Part shown: positions 7,348 through 12,670 of the stretch, in pieces
Numbering within the stretch: the first letter of the stretch is position 1
Layout of the letters: the number at the start of each line of letters is the position of its first letter
Source: Candidatus Undinarchaeota archaeon
Lineage (GTDB): Archaea > Undinarchaeota > Undinarchaeia > Undinarchaeales > UBA543
Direction: 5' to 3'
Assembly (NCBI GenBank): GCA_964567575.1
Contig: CAZMMZ010000013.1
Span: 1-12,670, forward strand
DNA: 12,670 bases
Position numbers and translations under genes: made by a program
The notes under the pieces: model-generated
Databases searched by the model: none
Seen by the model: the letters and a program-made list of their open reading frames with translations, nothing else
Told to the model about the DNA's origin: nothing

Positions 7348-7823
7348 AAAAAGCACAAGCAACAGGATTTATGGTATTAATAATAGGACTAATGTTGCTT
7401 GTATCAATTGTATTTGTTACATATGAATCAGTTACAGGAATGAATATAGCTGAAATCATGACTGCAAATGTAGCACAAGATATGACAACTGGAGTGAATA
7501 TTATAATGATGTCACCTCGCGGTGCAAGTGGAATAGTAAACTGTCCAAAAGGATATGATGTAGAAATAAACAATGGAAGAGTGACAGTTCATATTGACAA
7601 ATTATATAGAAAAGCAACAGTAACTGCATATTATGTTGTGCCTGACGGAGTTGAACTTCCTCAAGATGTTTATGCTGTTTGTACTGGTGATAATTTTTTA
7701 AGAGTTGAAAAATGGCAAGATGAAGATGGAAAACAACATCTTTCAATAGCAGAAACAGATGACCTTGGATACACTGCAATGCCACAAGAAGAACCACCAG
7801 AGCAGGAGGAAATCGAGATATGA
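7344..7823 (+). CDS. Minor pilin-like protein (159 aa)
   Basis: MKKA|QATGFMVLIIGLMLLVSIVFV. The ATG at 7344 forms an ATGA overlap with the previous stop and is preferred over TTG 7335. Confidence 0.78.
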   Translation: MKKAQATGFMVLIIGLMLLVSIVFVTYESVTGMNIAEIMTANVAQDMTTGVNIIMMSPRGASGIVNCPKGYDVEINNGRVTVHIDKLYRKATVTAYYVVPDGVELPQDVYAVCTGDNFLRVEKWQDEDGKQHLSIAETDDLGYTAMPQEEPPEQEEIEI

Positions 7824-9844
7824 GAAATAGAAAAGCTATGGTGGGGTGGCCAATAATTTTCATGATGACTGTAGCTGTGGTATCAATGACCCTTGTTGCA
7901 ATGCATACAACTCGAGTGAATCAGATAAACATTGTTACAACAACTGCAACAGAAGATACAGCAAACCTTCTTGTTAATACTCTTATGAATCTGCCAGAAT
8001 GTTTCGCATATGAAGAAAATGGACGAGCAGTTGGAGGTGTTATTGATGAAAATAAATTGAAAGAAATGGCTTCAAGGGCTTCGTGTGTCGGGATTGGACC
8101 AATTGTTTGGAGTATGGAAGTTGAACAGATTATACGTGAAACACGACAAGAGAAAGTATATTGTTGGAATGAACTAATGTATGCAACTGGAGAATTCAGT
8201 CCGCCGCCTTCTAATCCTTTTGACAGGCGCGCTAAAAGATCATTAGAAGAAGCCTTAGGATTTGAACAACTAGGAATGTATTGTTGCGCAGAAAAAAGAA
8301 AAGATGAAGTGGAAAGAGAGTATGATGTAAATGACATACTTTTATCTATTGACGCGATGTGTATCGAATATAAGGATTATCCAGAAATGTGGGAGATTGA
8401 AGATGAAATAAAAGATAAGTGTGACGCCGCTTGTATAGATTTGGGATATGAAACAGGGAAAAGTGACCTAGTTATAGGAAAACCAGGATTGGATGAGAAT
8501 GTAGAAAAAAACTACAACTGTGATTGTAAAACAGAAGGAACTGAATTTACAATGGGTTACAAAGAAACAATCAAACAAGGAGATTTGATGTTTTATTGTT
8601 GTCAAATAGATGGCTCATTGAAAAAATGGTCATTGACTCCATGTTGGGCGCATGAAGAATCGGATTGCAGTAAATCGTGCAATCACGTGTGCAAAGGTAT
8701 TGGATATTTAGAATCTGACATGGTAGGAAATGAAGAAGGAACAGCTGCAAATCGATATAAATGTAAGTGCACGGAAAATATTTTCGGTGCAATAAATCCA
8801 GTGGACGATCCTGTACTTGATAAACCATTAATTATCAAAGAAAAGAATGTTCTTGTGAAAAATGATGAAGGAGTATACAATGCAAAAATGAAAGTGGGAA
8901 TTTCAGCACGAACTCCTCAAATAACACTTACAAACGATGAGTATAATGAATTTGATGTCACGTTTATGTCTGATGATTACGCAAACAAATGGGTTGCAGA
9001 AGCGATTATAATAAACATGACAGATCATTCTGAGGGGTGTGGAGAATTAACAACTGAAAATATATGGCTTGAAGTTCTAGGAGCAGCATATGTAAGCCCA
9101 ACATGGAAAGGGTATAACTATGATGAAGGGGATGATTTTGAAACTAATGATTGGGAATTTAGAGAAGAAGGAACCTGCAATCAGAATCAATATGTATGGG
9201 ATACCGGCACATCTTCATCACCAAGTCACTCTTTTTATTTGAAAGCTGGTTGTGATAACGGGTGTGCAAAAAACTGTTTGTCAAGAATAACTAAAACATT
9301 TTTTGTGGAGGATGTAAATGCTATGAAACAATTCACATGGAAATATAAAATTGAAAAGGGAAACAGTGAAAATACCAAGTTCCGAGTTTATGTTAATGAT
9401 GAAGTTGTTTGGTGGCAAACAAACAGCGAAACAAGTGTTGACTGGCAAGAAACAAGAGCAACAATACCACCAATGCAATATGAAGTTATAAATGGAACTG
9501 GAACAGCAACTCCAAAAGGAGAAACAGAACCTTTGGTTGACATTGTATTTGAAGTTGAATATGATGCTACAACCGGAGATAATACTTCAAGCTGGTGGAT
9601 TGATGATTTAGAATTTATTGAAACCGCATTTGAACAAAGAGGGGATAAATATAATTATAATGTCTTTGATCACAATACAAAACTTAAATTTAAAATCAGG
9701 AACAGCGCTAACAAAAATTTAGAATTTGGCGGAAAGGAGAAAGGTTGTGGAATAAAATTCTTACTATATCCTGATATTAATAATCAAAATCACCCTTCGA
9801 GTAGAGAGGTTTATGAAAACGTTTTGATAAAGGAGTTGCCATGA
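7820..9844 (+). CDS. Modular minor pilin (674 aa) with two defensin-like Cys modules and a jelly-roll domain
   Basis: MRNRKA|MVGWPIIFMMTVAVVSMTLV, ATGA overlap and AGGAGG at 7804-7809. It contains CDAAC...CDC and CNHVC...CKC modules, and aa 438-601 are homologous to the giant pilin's beta-sandwich. Confidence 0.8.
   Translation: MRNRKAMVGWPIIFMMTVAVVSMTLVAMHTTRVNQINIVTTTATEDTANLLVNTLMNLPECFAYEENGRAVGGVIDENKLKEMASRASCVGIGPIVWSMEVEQIIRETRQEKVYCWNELMYATGEFSPPPSNPFDRRAKRSLEEALGFEQLGMYCCAEKRKDEVEREYDVNDILLSIDAMCIEYKDYPEMWEIEDEIKDKCDAACIDLGYETGKSDLVIGKPGLDENVEKNYNCDCKTEGTEFTMGYKETIKQGDLMFYCCQIDGSLKKWSLTPCWAHEESDCSKSCNHVCKGIGYLESDMVGNEEGTAANRYKCKCTENIFGAINPVDDPVLDKPLIIKEKNVLVKNDEGVYNAKMKVGISARTPQITLTNDEYNEFDVTFMSDDYANKWVAEAIIINMTDHSEGCGELTTENIWLEVLGAAYVSPTWKGYNYDEGDDFETNDWEFREEGTCNQNQYVWDTGTSSSPSHSFYLKAGCDNGCAKNCLSRITKTFFVEDVNAMKQFTWKYKIEKGNSENTKFRVYVNDEVVWWQTNSETSVDWQETRATIPPMQYEVINGTGTATPKGETEPLVDIVFEVEYDATTGDNTSSWWIDDLEFIETAFEQRGDKYNYNVFDHNTKLKFKIRNSANKNLEFGGKEKGCGIKFLLYPDINNQNHPSSREVYENVLIKELP
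9131..9622 (+). other. Second copy of the jelly-roll beta-sandwich domain
   Basis: DDFETNDW, CNQNQYVWD, SHSFYLKAG, ITKTF, FTWKYK, FRVYVND..VW, DWQE and WWIDDLEF are colinear with the motifs at 5932..6438. Confidence 0.7.
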
Positions 9845-11394
9845 ATAAAAAAGCACAAGTTAAAGTCGGATACATTATAGGTGTTTTAGTAATAACACTT
9901 TTTGCTGTAGCAATGGTAATGGGACCAGTAGCTGGAATACAAATTCAAGCTATTGAAGATCTTTTTGGTGGAGGAGAAAGCGTTATCGGAGGGAAGTATA
10001 TTGTTGAAATTCAAAGTAGGGAGGACACTGGATTTGATTTTGACGGACAAGGAGAACAAGAAGGAATAATGAAAAAAGGGAGCAGCAATGAAGATATAAT
10101 AGAATATAATTGCAATTATCCAGAAATGAGCGAATTTTTATTTTACAGAAAAAATCAAGAACATGACTCAGAATGGATAATGACAATATTTAATGGCGAA
10201 ATACTCGCACTTGCAGAAGATGAGTATGGAGATAGTTGTAATAGTTTTGGAAGTAAAAAATATGAAAAACAGGCAGGAACTCGAGTAAAAGCTGGGACAA
10301 AAACATGTGTTAAAACCAGCAATGGGCATGTAATAAAAATAAATTGGTTAACCCCAACGAAAATGGAATACTGGTTTGAAGAATTAAATTACGCATATTC
10401 TGCTGATGATATTGAACCAGGATATGTAACACTAGACAAATATTTACTAACTGTTCCAAAAGAACATTTTGTTTCAGATAAAATAGAAGGAGAAGGTGGA
10501 AATGTAAAATGGTATGGTTATGATTTCGACAAGCAGATGCCTACAAGCGGTGGAGAATATGAACTCGATAATTTAGAAGAAAGAAGCGGAATTGACATGT
10601 GGTATAATGAAGAGTATGGCCTGCTTTTTGATTCACAATGTGGAAAAGAAGGAAAATATGTTTGTTGTGAATCAAATGTTGGAGGTACGGCGTTTACTTG
10701 TGAATTTGATACTGAAGAAGCATGCCAGTTTAAATGTGAAAACCACTGCAATATCTTAGGACATGAAAATAATAAGCTTACATTTGATGCGGAAACAGGA
10801 AAATATACGTGCATATGTAGTACAAAAGGACGGCTTGCGTGGGAAGACTATACTCTTCTAAATGAAAAAATAAGTATTTGTGAGTTTGATAAAGAAGAAG
10901 ATTGTCAAGAACACTGCAAAAGTGATTGTGTTATGGCAGGATATGAAAAGGATAATCTGCAATGGAAAGAGAGTCAAGGAAAATATGTGTGTACCTGTAG
11001 TGAACACACCACAGGATGTCCAGCGTATATGTATCCTCACCCAGAATCTGCATGTGCTGAAGATTATGTTCAACGAATGGATTGTAAGGGACTAAATGAG
11101 GGTTGTGAGTATGATGAGGAAACACAAATTTGCACATGTCCAAACGGTTACAACTTTCAACGCTCTTTCTATATGGGAACCACAGATAACATAAATTGCA
11201 ATGAATTGCCTCCGATGTTTTATCACCCTAACTGGCAAGATTGGGGTGGGGGAAGCGGACAGCCAAGTGCATATTCGCCACCAGTGAATAAGAATGCGTA
11301 TTATTGCATAATCACAAATGAGAATCGGGTTGTAAAGGTTCAATGGAAGAGTAATCAAGGAGAGGGAGGTAAATTTGAATGGGAATACGACTAA
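9841..11394 (+). CDS. Modular minor pilin (517 aa) with a tandem Cys repeat and two copies of a beta-rich domain
   Basis: MNKKA|QVKVGYIIGVLVITLFAVAMVMG, ATGA overlap and AGGAG at 9831-9835. Confidence 0.8.
   Translation: MNKKAQVKVGYIIGVLVITLFAVAMVMGPVAGIQIQAIEDLFGGGESVIGGKYIVEIQSREDTGFDFDGQGEQEGIMKKGSSNEDIIEYNCNYPEMSEFLFYRKNQEHDSEWIMTIFNGEILALAEDEYGDSCNSFGSKKYEKQAGTRVKAGTKTCVKTSNGHVIKINWLTPTKMEYWFEELNYAYSADDIEPGYVTLDKYLLTVPKEHFVSDKIEGEGGNVKWYGYDFDKQMPTSGGEYELDNLEERSGIDMWYNEEYGLLFDSQCGKEGKYVCCESNVGGTAFTCEFDTEEACQFKCENHCNILGHENNKLTFDAETGKYTCICSTKGRLAWEDYTLLNEKISICEFDKEEDCQEHCKSDCVMAGYEKDNLQWKESQGKYVCTCSEHTTGCPAYMYPHPESACAEDYVQRMDCKGLNEGCEYDEETQICTCPNGYNFQRSFYMGTTDNINCNELPPMFYHPNWQDWGGGSGQPSAYSPPVNKNAYYCIITNENRVVKVQWKSNQGEGGKFEWEYD
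10699..10998 (+). repeat. Tandem 60-aa (180-nt period) Cys module duplication
   Basis: CEFDTEEACQFKCENHCNILGHENNKLTFDAETGKYTCIC versus CEFDKEEDCQEHCKSDCVMAGYEKDNLQWKESQGKYVCTC. Similarity is also visible in the DNA (tgtgaatttgatactgaagaag / tgtgagtttgataaagaagaag). Confidence 0.85.
11365..11370 (+). promoter_or_regulatory. Shine-Dalgarno site for 11379..12008
   Basis: GGAGGT lies 8 nt upstream of ATG 11379, inside the previous gene. Confidence 0.65.
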
Positions 11395-12008
11395 AGAATA
11401 AAAAAGCAGCAATTGAAATTGGAGCATTAATCCTAGGAATAGTTGTTATAACAATTGCATCTGTGGTTTCAACAACTTCATTATTTTTTATGCAAGGAAA
11501 CGACGAAGCTGGAATAAATAAATTATATATTGTGTCAGAAGGGAATACATATGTGGATAATACTTTAGAAGCGCTTTTGAGATATGAAACTGGTGGAAAA
11601 ACAACAAGAGAACATTTGAAAAGCAACACCCCAGTTAATGAAGTTTTAGGTTATATGAAAAACAGTCTGGATACGCAGGAGATTAGAAGAAAATACCAGA
11701 TAGATATTGTTAAAGACGGATCAACAGATGTGATTGGACAAGCAGATCCTTTAAGATCTTACACCTCTGAAATTGAAATTTTCCAGGAAAATGAAAAGAA
11801 AATAAAAGTAAAACTCATGGTAGGAGTTGAACCTATTTTTATGTGCGTTCAAATTGCAGATATTGGCAGTGTCTGTCCTAATAATTATTGGAAAACACAT
11901 ATGTGGAACACTTTAGAAAGCTGTGAGGAAACTAGAGATGATACTAGCGAGCCAGTTGGGTCACTTTGCAGTGATTATTCATGCACTTGCAGGAAGGTGG
12001 CAAATTGA
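11379..12008 (+). CDS. Minor pilin-like protein (209 aa) with a 6-Cys C-terminal tail
   Basis: MGIRLKNKKA|AIEIGALILGIVVITIASVV, with a strong SD. The tail ends ...CSDYSCTCRK. Confidence 0.78.
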   Translation: MGIRLKNKKAAIEIGALILGIVVITIASVVSTTSLFFMQGNDEAGINKLYIVSEGNTYVDNTLEALLRYETGGKTTREHLKSNTPVNEVLGYMKNSLDTQEIRRKYQIDIVKDGSTDVIGQADPLRSYTSEIEIFQENEKKIKVKLMVGVEPIFMCVQIADIGSVCPNNYWKTHMWNTLESCEETRDDTSEPVGSLCSDYSCTCRKVAN

Positions 12009-12541
12009 GAACAGTTAGAAATCGGAAAGCAATGGTGGAAATGATTGGATTACTTTTAATTTTATTTTCAGTAACAATAGGAGGAGTTGTGTTCTCAAAG
12101 TACATTGCAGCATCTGTTGCAGGAAGAAGTGCAGTATATCAATACTCTTACAGAATTCATAAAGATCATATTGGAGCTGAGAATTTTTATACAGATATAG
12201 TTGAGGATCAAGTAAGAAATTATCTTATACTAACTGGATATGATTTGAATAATTTTTGTCCGAATGATGTTGATACAGCAGCACTGGAAACATATATGGA
12301 AACACGTTTAGATATGTTTCTAGAAAGTATAAAATACAAATACAAAACCCATAAATTAAAGAAAATGGAAATATCAAAAATTGAAAAAAATGCAAACGAA
12401 CTCTCAGTTACAATCAAAGCAGTGGAACCAATTAAAATCACATATGATGAAATAAGCCATGTGATGACAAGCATTTCAACTCCAGAATATATTGAAACTT
12501 TTTCTGTGTCTGGAATTGGATGTGTAGCTGAAGAAAGATAA
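12005..12541 (+). CDS. Minor pilin-like protein (178 aa, TTG start)
   Basis: (M)RTVRNRKA|MVEMIGLLLILFSVTIGGVVF. TTG 12005 overlaps the previous TGA as TTGA, with AGGTGG about 4 nt upstream. The ORF-track start at 11981 is less likely. Confidence 0.72.
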   Translation: MRTVRNRKAMVEMIGLLLILFSVTIGGVVFSKYIAASVAGRSAVYQYSYRIHKDHIGAENFYTDIVEDQVRNYLILTGYDLNNFCPNDVDTAALETYMETRLDMFLESIKYKYKTHKLKKMEISKIEKNANELSVTIKAVEPIKITYDEISHVMTSISTPEYIETFSVSGIGCVAEER

Positions 12542-12543
12542 CA

Positions 12544-12577
12544 TTTAAAACCCTTTATCGCATACCTGTTTATTAAG
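12544..12577 (+). promoter_or_regulatory. Candidate promoter region for alba
   Basis: AT-rich TATA-like elements TTTAAAA (12544-12550) and TTTATTAA (12569-12576), plus GGAG at 12592-12595. Which box is used cannot be determined. Confidence 0.35.
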
Positions 12578-12600
12578 ATACATGCAGTCACGGAGATAAA

Positions 12601-12670
12601 ATGACAGAAGAAACACCAGTAAAAAAATCAAATGAAAACGTCGTATTTGTCGGCAGTAAACCTGTTATGA
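12601..12670 (+). CDS. albA: DNA/RNA-binding protein Alba (5' part, runs off the window)
   Basis: Translates to MTEETPVKKSNENVVFVGSKPVM, matching the conserved Alba N-terminal motif (ENxV[FY]VGxKPVMNY). GGAG lies 5 nt upstream. It is missing from the ORF track because it is truncated. Confidence 0.85.
   Translation, partial: MTEETPVKKSNENVVFVGSKPVM

Noticed and set aside
1132-11394. Multiheme cytochrome or Fe-S protein interpretation of the Cys richness
   Set aside because: No CxxCH or ferredoxin-type CxxCxxC motifs were seen. The patterns are C-x3-C, C-x-C and CC in exported proteins.
11981-12004. ORF-track start MHLQEGGK for the last pilin, and similarly TTG 7335 for the 7344 gene
   Set aside because: The downstream starts (TTG 12005, ATG 7344) give 4-nt stop/start overlaps like the rest of the operon and short basic leaders.
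202-12591. Numerous minus-strand and alternate-frame ORFs of 60-143 aa in the ORF track
   Set aside because: All overlap the coherent + strand prepilin genes, show low-complexity antisense-type composition (Ser/Phe/Leu/His-rich) and carry no recognisable motifs. They are shadow ORFs.
1-12670. CRISPR array, diversity-generating retroelement (TR/VR pair), invertible segment or IS element driving the variation
   Set aside because: I saw no near-identical DNA repeats, adenine-specific mismatch pairs, long inverted repeats, reverse transcriptase, recombinase or transposase. The repeats are diverged and mostly protein-level. A TR elsewhere in the genome cannot be excluded.

Overview
Archaeal DNA, probably from a DPANN/Nanobdellati lineage (inferred from the KKAQ/KG-MEM prepilin style, TATA-box promoters and the start of an alba gene at the right edge). 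From 5 to 12541 there are 11 consecutive + strand genes. Every one begins with a class III (type IV prepilin-like) signal: a short basic leader ending K/R-G or K-A, then a hydrophobic helix of about 20 residues. The order is three small pilins with Cys-rich heads, a 1890-aa modular pilin/adhesin with about 140 Cys, two nearly headless mini-pilins, and five translationally coupled minor-pilin-like genes. The larger proteins are built from a shared set of extracellular modules: a defensin/scorpion-toxin-like C-x3-C...C-x-C unit (at least 16 copies over three genes), small 4-Cys knots, TSP3-like Ca-binding repeats and a jelly-roll beta-sandwich present in two genes. Several modules sit inside loops of other modules. 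No assembly ATPase, platform protein or prepilin peptidase lies in the window. All domain assignments come from motif reading, not database searches.
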